The notes: generated by a model from the sequence alone, not told the origin. DNA of 64,000 nt from Eubacteriales bacterium (GCA_045594085.1 JAZNXW010000020.1:5768-69767), one strand, 5' to 3'; positions 36,174-44,146 are shown, numbered from the stretch's first letter. Program-made: numbers and translations.

Positions 36174-36749
36174 TCAGAACCGCATTTCGGCAAATCCCGT
36201 CAGTATCATCGCGATGATACCCGCGGTAACGAGCAGGATCGGTATTCCCCTCATCGGCGATGGCAGATTTGCCTTGATGATCCTTTCCTTGATGCTTACA
36301 AAAAGCGCAAACGAAAGGATGACGCTCACGGTTGCCAGAAGCGACGCGGTCAAAGCGTCGGTGAGTCCCGCCGTGCTGACGGCAGACTCGTAAATGATGC
36401 CGGCGCTTGCCGTATTCACGGCAAAAACGGGTGCAAGCAGCTTCAGCTCCGCGTAAACGTCGGGTTTCAGCCTATGCAGTGCTAAAAGCATACCGCTCAT
36501 AACGAAAAACGTCACTATCGGTATAATAATTATAAGCGTATCTCGCGGATTTGGCAAGACGTATCGGGCGGTCAAAACAACAATTATCTCCGAAATCAAG
36601 GTTGAAATGAAGAAAAACAAGCCCGATATGCCCATTTTACGCACGTCATCGGTGAGCTTGTCCAGTTCATCGGCACCGTACATAGACACAAAAAGCGCAT
36701 TTTCCGCAAGCAATACAGTATAAAGCGTTATGAGAAGGTCAACGGTCAT
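36174..36749 (-). CDS. RnfA-like membrane subunit (divergent, cysteine-free)
   Basis: 191-aa ORF with six hydrophobic helices. The C-terminal KERIIKANLPSPMRGIPILLVTAGIIAMILTGF matches the RnfA/NqrE pattern (RERL..a.vP..f.G.pi.LitAGlmalaF.GF). The RBS is GGAGGTG. Confidence 0.7.
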   Translation of the reverse strand: MTVDLLITLYTVLLAENALFVSMYGADELDKLTDDVRKMGISGLFFFISTLISEIIVVLTARYVLPNPRDTLIIIIPIVTFFVMSGMLLALHRLKPDVYAELKLLAPVFAVNTASAGIIYESAVSTAGLTDALTASLLATVSVILSFALFVSIKERIIKANLPSPMRGIPILLVTAGIIAMILTGFAEMRF

Positions 36750-37332
36750 CTTCCGTCACCTCCTTTGATCTCTGTTCCTTTCGTTCCGCTATAGAAACGA
36801 AAATAAAATTGACAGCCGCGACGGTAAATCCGATCAGGATCAGCGTCACGGAGGGCGATGCCGCAAACGGAACGTAACAGCCAATCGCAAAACGCACGAA
36901 CGCAAGTACTGTCAGAATAAGTGCATACATCAGCGATGTAAGCGTTGCACGCACCACGGAGTGCGCGATCTGCTCGTCCTTTTTCGGCACACACGAAAGC
37001 ACGATTCCGCTGACAGCGGCAACAAGAAGCGACGTTGCGAGCGTATCTGCCGTTTCCGTCACAAAACGAGATGCCGCGGACGCGCCTGCAGCCATCACTC
37101 CCGACGAAACGGTAATATAAACGGTCCACACTCCGAAGCGTCCCGACACAAGCGATGTAAACGCCGCCGCGGTCGATGCCAAAACAACAGCGATCAAAAC
37201 CAAGCCCGCGCAAATAACGGCATTTTTTACATCAGCCGTTGCAATAACGGCGGCACAGACGCCTCCCGTAGCGAAAAACAGCACGTTTTTCTCTATCAGA
37301 GTCTCTCGAAGGAGCTTTTTCATATCCGTCAC
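36739..37332 (-). CDS. RnfE-like membrane subunit (divergent)
   Basis: 197-aa ORF with a GTG start overlapping the upstream stop (GTGA). It is polytopic, sits in the rnfE position between the G-position gene and the rnfA-like gene, and begins with KNVLFFATGGVCAAV, resembling NN..l.q.LGLCP. Confidence 0.6.
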   Translation of the reverse strand: MTDMKKLLRETLIEKNVLFFATGGVCAAVIATADVKNAVICAGLVLIAVVLASTAAAFTSLVSGRFGVWTVYITVSSGVMAAGASAASRFVTETADTLATSLLVAAVSGIVLSCVPKKDEQIAHSVVRATLTSLMYALILTVLAFVRFAIGCYVPFAASPSVTLILIGFTVAAVNFIFVSIAERKEQRSKEVTEDDR

Positions 37333-38126
37333 GGTGCCACCTCACTTTGATCGGCAGCGCCCGTCGTTTCTTCAACGGGTGTGGTGTCATCGGACGTTGT
37401 ATCATCGGATGTTGTGTCGTCGGACGTTGTGTCGTCGGACGTTGTGTCGTCGGACGTTGTATCGTCGGACGTTGTATCGTCGGACGTTGTATCGTCGGAC
37501 GTTGTATCGTCGGACGTTGTGTCATCGGACGTTGTATCGTCGGACGTTGTGTCATCGGACGTTGTGTCGTCGGACGTTGTGTCATCGGACGTTGTATCGT
37601 CGGACGTTGTGTCATCGGACGTTGTATCGTCGGACGTTGTGTCGTCGGATGTGGTGTCGTCGGGGTCAGGCTCGGGCCAGAATTCCTCCGGTGCACGCTC
37701 GATCGTCGTTTCGTATGTTGTTGTTTCTTCCGGATCCGTTATGCCGAGTTTTCCTCCTGCTGACAGCTTTTTTGTGTCCTCGGGATCTTTTTTGTCCGTT
37801 GTCTCGTCATCGGAGGTGTCACTTGACACTTCGTCGGATGTATCATCCGACGTATCCGTTTGAGTATCACCTTCGGTTTCCGTATCGGATTCGGGCGGCG
37901 CAGACGTATCGGCAGAGGGGTCTGACTCTGAATTGTCTACAGACACGGAATCCTCCGTGTCGGGGCGCGGCGTATTCGTTTCACCGCTGTCCGTAACACC
38001 CGGTACAGAATCCTCACCCGTATCATACGCGGCAAATCCCGATGCGATGACCGTTATCACCAGCATGATCGCCGCGACGGCGGAGGGAATCGCCACCGAA
38101 AGTATCTTTTTTGATTTTTCGTTCAT
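37329..38126 (-). CDS. Membrane-anchored, highly acidic D/T/S/E-rich repeat protein in the rnfG position (no FMN-binding domain recognisable)
   Basis: 265-aa ORF with a single N-terminal TM helix (ILSVAIPSAVAAIMLVITVIASGFAAY), an acidic low-complexity region, then 18 x DDTTS plus DDTTP. Its start overlaps the rnfD stop (ATGA) and it has RBS GGAGGTG. Confidence 0.75.
   Translation of the reverse strand: MNEKSKKILSVAIPSAVAAIMLVITVIASGFAAYDTGEDSVPGVTDSGETNTPRPDTEDSVSVDNSESDPSADTSAPPESDTETEGDTQTDTSDDTSDEVSSDTSDDETTDKKDPEDTKKLSAGGKLGITDPEETTTYETTIERAPEEFWPEPDPDDTTSDDTTSDDTTSDDTTSDDTTSDDTTSDDTTSDDTTSDDTTSDDTTSDDTTSDDTTSDDTTSDDTTSDDTTSDDTTSDDTTSDDTTSDDTTPVEETTGAADQSEVAP
37377..37661. repeat. Tandem repeat, 15-bp unit x 19 (GGACGTTGTRTCRTC on the plus strand), encoding DDTTS on the minus strand
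   Basis: The period was counted directly from the sequence. The only variation between units is at synonymous third-codon positions (G/A, C/T), plus the terminal DDTTP unit. Confidence 0.95.
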
Positions 38127-39127
38127 TCCGACACCTCCGTTTCTTCGGATGTGTCTTTTGAAACATCAGCGGCCGCATGTGCATCACGCCTGCTTCCGCC
38201 GAAGCGCGCGGGAGTCGTGATCTTATCAATGACTCCGACGAAAAGGTTCGCCAAAAGAACCGCGTAAGCAACTCCCTCGGGAGCCGATCCGTAGTATCTC
38301 AAAAGCACTGTAACAGCACCGATCAAAGCACCGTAAATCAGCTTTCCGAAAGGACGCATCGGGGAGGTGACCGGATCTGTCGCCATAAAGAATGCGACAA
38401 GGAACAGACCGCCTGACGTAAGCTCTGCGAGCACAAACATCATTCCGCTTGCATTTTGCGAGAAGAACACTGTCAGCGCCGCAACGCTTCCGATGACAGC
38501 GATTGGGATCTGCCAGCCGATTATGCCGCGGACAAGCAGATAAATACCTCCGATCAGTATCAGAACCGTCGATATCTCTCCGATCGATCCGGCAGAGTTA
38601 CCGACGAGCATATCGTAAAGTGAGGTCTCCGGCAGCAGTCCCTCTTTCAAGGACACGAGCGGAGTTGCGCCCGTCACTGCGTCGGTAAAGGGGACCGCCG
38701 AAAGTGCAAGCTTTTCAGGGAAAGCGAGCTTCAAGAAGACGTAGCCCGCGAGAGCGGGATTTACAAAATTTCCGCCGAGTCCGCCGAATGTGCACTTGAC
38801 TACGCCGACGGCAAAAACAGCGCCGACAGCGGGAATGTACAGCGGAACTGTCACAGGGAGAGCGAGCGCGAGCAGAAGTCCCGTAACTACAGCCGAAAGG
38901 TCAAGCACAGTGATGTACTTTTTCGTCACAAACGTGATGATCGTTTCCGTCAGCACGGACGCGAGCACCGACACTGCAATGATGGAAAGCGCACGTGCAC
39001 CAAACGCGTACACGCCCCACAAAACAACCGGCAACAGCGCTATTATTACGTCCGCCATTATGTTTCTGACGTTATCGGGATGCTTTATATAAGGAGCGCG
39101 CTTAATGGAGGGGGCGGTAACGTTCAT
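38123..39127 (-). CDS. rnfD: RnfD/NqrB-family membrane subunit
   Basis: 334-aa polytopic ORF with the DAVTGATPL (S/TGAT flavinylation-type) motif, GSIGEIS and FFMATDPVTSP, all typical of RnfD. The start overlaps the rnfC stop (ATGA). Confidence 0.88.
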   Translation of the reverse strand: MNVTAPSIKRAPYIKHPDNVRNIMADVIIALLPVVLWGVYAFGARALSIIAVSVLASVLTETIITFVTKKYITVLDLSAVVTGLLLALALPVTVPLYIPAVGAVFAVGVVKCTFGGLGGNFVNPALAGYVFLKLAFPEKLALSAVPFTDAVTGATPLVSLKEGLLPETSLYDMLVGNSAGSIGEISTVLILIGGIYLLVRGIIGWQIPIAVIGSVAALTVFFSQNASGMMFVLAELTSGGLFLVAFFMATDPVTSPMRPFGKLIYGALIGAVTVLLRYYGSAPEGVAYAVLLANLFVGVIDKITTPARFGGSRRDAHAAADVSKDTSEETEVSE

Positions 39128-40443
39128 TCCTTCACCTCCGAAGCGGATTCTGCGGCATCAAGCTTGATTCTGCGTATGTATTCCGTGATCGGGACCTTGC
39201 CGGGACAAACGTACGCGCACGAACCGCATTCCTCGCACAAAAGTGCGCCGTTTTTGATAGCTTTTTCATATTTTTCCTCAACCGACAGCTTATAAAGCGT
39301 ACTCGGCACGAGTCTCATCGGGCAAACGGAAACGCATCTTCCGCAGCGTATGCACGCCGCAGGCTCGGGATAGCGGTCCGTCTCCTTTTCCGTGAAAAGA
39401 AGAAGTGCCGATGTCGTCTTTGTAACGACGCCTTCGAGATTTTCCATCTCGATTCCCGTCATAGGACCGCCCTCGATGATGCGCACGGGCTCGGAGGTCA
39501 CGCCGCCCGCAAAGGCAACGAGATCCGAAAACGGAGTTCCGATCGGCACCATGACGTTTTTCGTTTCCTTGACAGCGCTTCCGCCGACAGTCACGGCGAC
39601 TGCCGTATACGGCACACCTGACGCAAAGGCGGAGAAAATATTCGCCGCTGATGACGCGCTGAAAATGACAGCTCCCGCATCGAGAGGAGTCTTCCCTTCG
39701 CCAAGCTCACGCCCCATTACGGCATATATCAGCTCTCGCGGAGCCCCCGCCGGATATTTCGCCCTCACGGGAGTGACCGTGACAAGCTTATCCTTACGCG
39801 TAAGCGCGACCAGCTTTTTTATGAGTTCGGTTTTATTTTCACCGACAGCAATGACTCCACGGCGAAGCTTGAGTGCCTTGAGTATGATTTTAAGTCCGTT
39901 AACAACGGCTACAGGATTCTCAAGCGCGATCCTGTATCCGCCCGCAACGTATGGCTCATCGAAAACGCAGTTTACAATGCAGTATTCCGCGCGCTCGGTC
40001 GAGTCTCGCAGCAAGAGATGCGAGGGCGTTCCGTCCGGCTCGCACACACCGGAATTACGAACAGCGGAGATGATTTCGTCAGGCTCGCAGTCCGCGAGCT
40101 TTTTTTCGCATTTTTCAACTGCCGTTGAAAGCGTATACTGCATATCGTTCGCGATCTCGACAAAGAGTGTGCGCCTGCCGTCGGGCAAGATCGTTTCATC
40201 GACAGCGGTAACGGTGCCGGAAACAGGTGTGTGCACCGCAATTGCGTCATCGTTTGCGGGCGCACCGATAATGTCACCTCGCAAAACGTGCATACCGACC
40301 TCTGCTGTCGGAATTGCCGGCTTACCCTTTGACTGAAGCATAGGTATGCGTAAACGCTTTGGAGGATCTATGCGCTCCGTTTTTGCATTTTGCGTTTTTT
40401 TATTGTCACTGAAATATATACCGCCGCGAAAAACGTACGCCAT
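39124..40443 (-). CDS. rnfC: RnfC-like subunit (two 4Fe-4S motifs retained; nucleotide/FMN loop apparently degenerate)
   Basis: The start is taken at ATG 40443 (MAYVFRGGIYF, RBS GGAGGTG). The longer track ORF would run into the tRNA promoter. It has an RnfC N-terminal barrel region (IPMLQSKGKPA...VHTPVSGTV), GGPMTG, CIRCGRCVSVCP and CEECGSCAYVCP. Confidence 0.85.
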   Translation of the reverse strand: MAYVFRGGIYFSDNKKTQNAKTERIDPPKRLRIPMLQSKGKPAIPTAEVGMHVLRGDIIGAPANDDAIAVHTPVSGTVTAVDETILPDGRRTLFVEIANDMQYTLSTAVEKCEKKLADCEPDEIISAVRNSGVCEPDGTPSHLLLRDSTERAEYCIVNCVFDEPYVAGGYRIALENPVAVVNGLKIILKALKLRRGVIAVGENKTELIKKLVALTRKDKLVTVTPVRAKYPAGAPRELIYAVMGRELGEGKTPLDAGAVIFSASSAANIFSAFASGVPYTAVAVTVGGSAVKETKNVMVPIGTPFSDLVAFAGGVTSEPVRIIEGGPMTGIEMENLEGVVTKTTSALLLFTEKETDRYPEPAACIRCGRCVSVCPMRLVPSTLYKLSVEEKYEKAIKNGALLCEECGSCAYVCPGKVPITEYIRRIKLDAAESASEVKE

Positions 40444-40615
40444 TATAAACACCTCCATAAAGCAGTATCCCATCCTCCTTTTTATTATATAATATCGGAG
40501 CGTTTTTTTCAAGTGTTTCATAAAAACAGCCATATTGATTATAATAGTGACATGAAAGGCAAAAATGCGTCGAAAAATTTTCGGATAAAAAATTTTATTT
40601 TTTGAAAAATAGGTG

Positions 40616-40644
40616 TTGACAAGAGGCAAATCCTTTGTTATAAT
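40616..40644 (+). promoter_or_regulatory. Consensus sigma-A promoter (TTGACA-17-TATAAT) with an A/T-rich UP-like region, driving tRNA-Met and tRNA-Glu
   Basis: TTGACA at 40616-40621 and TATAAT at 40639-40644. The upstream sequence is AAAAATTTTCGGATAAAAAATTTTATTTTTTGAAAAAT. Confidence 0.75.
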
Positions 40645-40673
40645 AATCAAGCTGCGAAAAAACAGTAACGCGT

Positions 40674-40747
40674 GGCGGAATAGCTCAGTTGGCTAGAGCA
40701 ACCGGTTCATACCCGGTAGGTCATGGGTTCAAGTCCAATTTCCGCTA
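40674..40747 (+). tRNA. tRNA with CAT anticodon (probably elongator tRNA-Met; lysidine-modified tRNA-Ile2 cannot be excluded)
   Basis: GGCGGAATAGCTCAGTTGGCTAGAGCAACCGGTTCATACCCGGTAGGTCATGGGTTCAAGTCCAATTTCCGCTA folds as a cloverleaf. It has a G1.U72 wobble and one G.A mismatch in the T-stem. Confidence 0.8.
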
Positions 40748-40750
40748 CAC

Positions 40751-40822
40751 GGCCCGTTGGTCAAGCGGTTAAGACACCGCCCTTTCACGGCGGTAACACG
40801 AGTTCGATTCTCGTACGGGTCA
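40751..40822 (+). tRNA. tRNA-Glu (anticodon TTC)
   Basis: GGCCCGTTGGTCAAGCGGTTAAGACACCGCCCTTTCACGGCGGTAACACGAGTTCGATTCTCGTACGGGTCA. The anticodon loop is CTTTCAC. It is close to my recollection of the Bacillus-type tRNA-Glu sequence (unverified). Confidence 0.92.
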
Positions 40823-40861
40823 AAAAAATAGAGCCCCCAATTTTGGGGCTCTATTTTTTTA
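40822..40861 (+). terminator. Terminator of the tRNA operon
   Basis: ATAGAGCCCC-N7-GGGGCTCTAT followed by TTTTTTT. Confidence 0.85.
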
Positions 40862-40964
40862 TCTTGTTTCGCTAATCGAACTCGGGGAAGTTCGCAGGTG
40901 ACAGACTTATTCGCTGAACAAGCCCGAACTTCTGCAGCATTCGAGCTTTGCGAGAATGTTGTCT

Positions 40965-41019
40965 CGATATCTCGTACGGGTCAAAAAATAGAGCCCCCTG
41001 ATTGGGGGCTCTATTTTTT
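40965..41019. repeat. Imperfect direct repeat of the tRNA-Glu 3' end plus its terminator (copy B of 40805-40860); also works as terminator for the convergent oxidoreductase gene
   Basis: CGATATCTCGTACGGGTCAAAAAATAGAGCCCCCTGATTGGGGGCTCTATTTTTT compared with CGATTCTCGTACGGGTCAAAAAAATAGAGCCCCCAATTTTGGGGCTCTATTTTTTT. Confidence 0.85.
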
Positions 41020-41048
41020 ATTTTGTTTGAATTTCAAGCCGATGCCCG

Positions 41049-42161
41049 TCAGTCAAGGATGCCGTGAACGCAGGATCTGTTCATGATCGGCGTCTTGTCA
41101 AATCGCGACATGATCTCAATGTGACGGTTTTCCTCGCTGCTCTTTGTGAAGCTTTCCATTATCTCAAGAACGTGATAGGTCATATCTACGTTTGCACGGA
41201 AGCCTCTGCCCGTCCTGAGCGCTTTTGCCATATCCGCAAGACCCAACGCGCGGCTGTTGTCTTTATAATCAAACGTGAGAGGAATCTCTCGGACCGTTCC
41301 ATCTTCGGGACGGAGAAGCTTGATGGGACCACCGAACGTATTGGGATCGGGCACGAAAAGAGTGCCCTCGGAGCCGTAAATCTCAAGTCTCGCCTGGTAG
41401 GGATAGTGAACGTCGAAGGTCGTAAAGAGCGTGCCTATTACGCCGCCCTCAAACTGCATCGTTCCCGTGATATACGTGGGTACGTCAACGTCCACGACCT
41501 CACCGAAATGAGGTCTGCTTGTGATCGTTCTTGTGGGGAAGCTCTTTTTCGTCATCGCGGAAACGCTTTCGACATTGCCGAGCAGGTTCACGAGAGCTGT
41601 GAGGTAGTACGGTCCCATATCGAACATAGGTCCGCCGCCGTACTTATAATAGAACTCGGGATCAGGATGCCACGATTCGTGTCCGCGGCATATCATAAAG
41701 CCCGCAGCACCGACGGGAGTGCCTATATATCCATCCTCAATTAGCTTGCGGCAGGTCTGTATGCCTGCTCCGAGGAAGGTGTCGGGCGCGCCGCCGAGCA
41801 TAAGTCCCAGCTTTTTGCTGAGCTCGATAAGCTCTGTTCCTTCGTGGAGAGATGCCGCCAGGGGCTTTTCCGAATAAACGTGCTTGCCCGCAAGGAGCGC
41901 CGCCTTGGTTACGTCGTAATGCTCGTAGGGGCGGGTGAGATTGAGGACGATATCGACCTCAGGATCGGCGAAAAGCTGATACATATCATCATAAAGCTTC
42001 GGGATCGGGTAATTCGCAACTGCGTTCTCGGCGCGCTCACGGATAAGGTCGCAAACGCCGATTATCTCGATCTCCTTGAACGTTTCCGTTATGTTTTTCA
42101 GATATATTCCGCTGATGGCGCCAACGCCGACTATGCCTATCTTTACTGTATCCATAATCAC
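41049..42161 (-). CDS. Gfo/Idh/MocA family oxidoreductase
   Basis: 370-aa ORF with an N-terminal Rossmann motif VKIGIVGVGAISG and the typical EKPLA motif (YSEKPLA). Confidence 0.88.
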   Translation of the reverse strand: MIMDTVKIGIVGVGAISGIYLKNITETFKEIEIIGVCDLIRERAENAVANYPIPKLYDDMYQLFADPEVDIVLNLTRPYEHYDVTKAALLAGKHVYSEKPLAASLHEGTELIELSKKLGLMLGGAPDTFLGAGIQTCRKLIEDGYIGTPVGAAGFMICRGHESWHPDPEFYYKYGGGPMFDMGPYYLTALVNLLGNVESVSAMTKKSFPTRTITSRPHFGEVVDVDVPTYITGTMQFEGGVIGTLFTTFDVHYPYQARLEIYGSEGTLFVPDPNTFGGPIKLLRPEDGTVREIPLTFDYKDNSRALGLADMAKALRTGRGFRANVDMTYHVLEIMESFTKSSEENRHIEIMSRFDKTPIMNRSCVHGILD

Positions 42162-42185
42162 TGTCTCCTTTTTCGGAACGTTGGA

Positions 42186-42908
42186 TCAATACATTTTTGC
42201 ATTGTTCTGGAAGCGATCGGTGGTGAGACCGTTATCGATCGCGTACTGCTTGCCCTCTGCTGCCCATTTCATGCCTCGACGCATAATCACCTCCGCATTG
42301 GGAGACTTGTCGAAAACGTCGTCGTGATGACCGAGGGACGTGTAGAAGACTCTGCCGTTGCCCCAGAATTTTGTCCATGCGACGGGCATATCAACGACCT
42401 TATTTGAAATGTGATAGTAATTGACAAGCGGGAAACGTGTGGTGGCAAGCACCTCAATGGCAGGGTCGATGTGCAGATAATAGTGCTCGCTGCACACCTC
42501 AAAGTCCTCCAGCCCCTCTGTGATGGGACTTGATCCGTGATTGATGTTTACCGTGTAGTTTTGTCCGTCGCCTCCGGGATGGCTCACCCACTGACCGCCG
42601 GTGATGAACTGCCATTCCGTATTCTGGCGGAAGGAATCGCACATACCGCCGTGACAGCCCGCAAGTCCCGTTCCCTTGCCTATCGCATAGGAAAGGTTCT
42701 GCACGTAATGCCACGGAAGATCACCCATTGTCCAGCACGCCACGATCAGATCGTATTCCGCAAGCTTTTCGCGGTCCGCAAGGCAGTCGAGCGTGTCGTA
42801 TATTTCCGCCTCGTAGCCCTCTTCGCGCATAATGCGGGCAAAACGGGCAGACGTCAGCTTGGGCTCGTGTCCATCCCAGCCGCCTTGAAAGATCAATACT
42901 TTTTTCAT
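42186..42908 (-). CDS. ThuA-domain protein (trehalose-utilisation-like, class I glutamine amidotransferase-like fold)
   Basis: 240-aa ORF with KVLIFQGGWDGHEP... and HHD...; the layout is typical of ThuA family proteins. Confidence 0.75.
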   Translation of the reverse strand: MKKVLIFQGGWDGHEPKLTSARFARIMREEGYEAEIYDTLDCLADREKLAEYDLIVACWTMGDLPWHYVQNLSYAIGKGTGLAGCHGGMCDSFRQNTEWQFITGGQWVSHPGGDGQNYTVNINHGSSPITEGLEDFEVCSEHYYLHIDPAIEVLATTRFPLVNYYHISNKVVDMPVAWTKFWGNGRVFYTSLGHHDDVFDKSPNAEVIMRRGMKWAAEGKQYAIDNGLTTDRFQNNAKMY

Positions 42909-42945
42909 TGTGTTCCTCCTTGATATTTTTCAGTGTATTTTACGG

Positions 42946-44004
42946 TCAAATATAACAGGAAACGGCTCCGCCGTTTTCAGCAGATGCGAACACCATATCA
43001 ATGATATTCATAACGCGCAGGCACTGCTCGGGCTTGACGATCAGCTCCTCCGTGCCGTTCAGCACGCCGACAATGTTTTTGTAATATTCGCTCCAATCAG
43101 GTCTTTCGTCCGGCAGGTCGAGCACAGACGTGGTATGCGCGGGACGGGGCGCCATCGTTCTCGTCGGTCCCGCGGAGGTATAAACGATGTCATCCTCCCA
43201 CTGCATTGCTTCCGCATTTTCCGCAAGCTTCACAATGCGGCCCTTGCAGTCCCAGTTTTCAACCACAGCCGTTCCCGCCGTGCAGGATACGTGCCAACGC
43301 GGATGGTTAACAAAGCAGTTTGTGGAGAATTCCATTATTGCGGAGACGTCGTTTTCAAACCGTATCATCAGCTTTACGTTGTCGTCAACGTCGCCGGAGA
43401 ATACGGTCTTGAGATGTCCCGAAACAGACACGACCTTTGAAGGAACGAGGAAAAGAAGCTGGTCGAGAAGATGAACGCCCCAGTCCAGAAGCATTCCTCC
43501 GCCGTTTTCCTTATACCCCCTCCAGCCGAACATAGCGCCTCTTGAGCCCTGAACACGTGATTCAATGAAATAAGGCTCGCCGATGACCTTGCTTTCGAGG
43601 ACCTTTTTTACGATTCTGTAGTCTCTGTCCCAGCGTCGATTCTGATGCACCGTGAAAAGCTTTCCCGTTTCCGCCGCAACAGTCATGATCTCCTCTAACT
43701 CGGCGGAATTCATCGTTACAGGCTTTTCACACACAACATTCTTGCCCGCTCGGAGCGCTTTTATTGCATAATCCTTGTGAAAATTATTGGGGACCGCAAT
43801 AGTAACTATGTCAATTGCGGGATCTGACAAAAGCTCCTCCGCGGAGCCGTAGGAATAAAGTCCGTTTGCTTCGATTTTTTCTTTGATTTCAGGGCGAATA
43901 TCGTACGCGCCCGTCACATTGATCTCGGGTACGTTCGCCTTTAACGATGAGTGGTGCCAACCGCCCATGCCGCCGTATCCGATCAGTGCAAGATTATATT
44001 TCAT
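42946..44004 (-). CDS. Gfo/Idh/MocA family oxidoreductase
   Basis: The start is taken at ATG 44004 (MKYNLALIGYGGMGGWH, RBS AGGAAGGTGA). It has the CEKPV motif. Confidence 0.88.
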   Translation of the reverse strand: MKYNLALIGYGGMGGWHHSSLKANVPEINVTGAYDIRPEIKEKIEANGLYSYGSAEELLSDPAIDIVTIAVPNNFHKDYAIKALRAGKNVVCEKPVTMNSAELEEIMTVAAETGKLFTVHQNRRWDRDYRIVKKVLESKVIGEPYFIESRVQGSRGAMFGWRGYKENGGGMLLDWGVHLLDQLLFLVPSKVVSVSGHLKTVFSGDVDDNVKLMIRFENDVSAIMEFSTNCFVNHPRWHVSCTAGTAVVENWDCKGRIVKLAENAEAMQWEDDIVYTSAGPTRTMAPRPAHTTSVLDLPDERPDWSEYYKNIVGVLNGTEELIVKPEQCLRVMNIIDMVFASAENGGAVSCYI

Positions 44005-44146
44005 ACAAATTTCACCTTCCTTTCGGCTGTTTCCTTGTTGACATTGTACCATTTGATGGTATATAATGTCTAACAAATAAAGCTCACAACACTACTCAAT
44101 TATTGCTCTGTTTCGCATCACGAAAATCAGACGCAAGGGAGATGCC

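Noticed and set aside
37377-37661. Possible CRISPR array (regular short repeats)
   Set aside because: The units are contiguous with no spacers, are 15 bp long, and lie in-frame inside a CDS. No cas genes are present in the window.
37334-37996. Plus-strand repeat ORFs (RTLY/RTLC, CVVGR and SSDVV repeat peptides)
   Set aside because: These are alternative-frame readings of the 15-bp tandem repeat. The minus-strand DDTTS frame is the one with an RBS, a TM anchor, and start/stop coupling to rnfD and the rnfE-like gene.
40444-40650. Longer rnfC start (508-aa track ORF)
   Set aside because: The extension overlaps the consensus tRNA promoter and UP region on the other strand, is AT-rich, and lacks an RBS. 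ATG 40443 is preceded by GGAGGTG and gives an RnfC of normal length.
40898-41086. 62-aa ORF between the two tRNA-Glu 3'-end copies
   Set aside because: It has a GTG start without an RBS, spans a terminator hairpin, and runs into the convergent oxidoreductase gene. It is most likely non-coding spacer.
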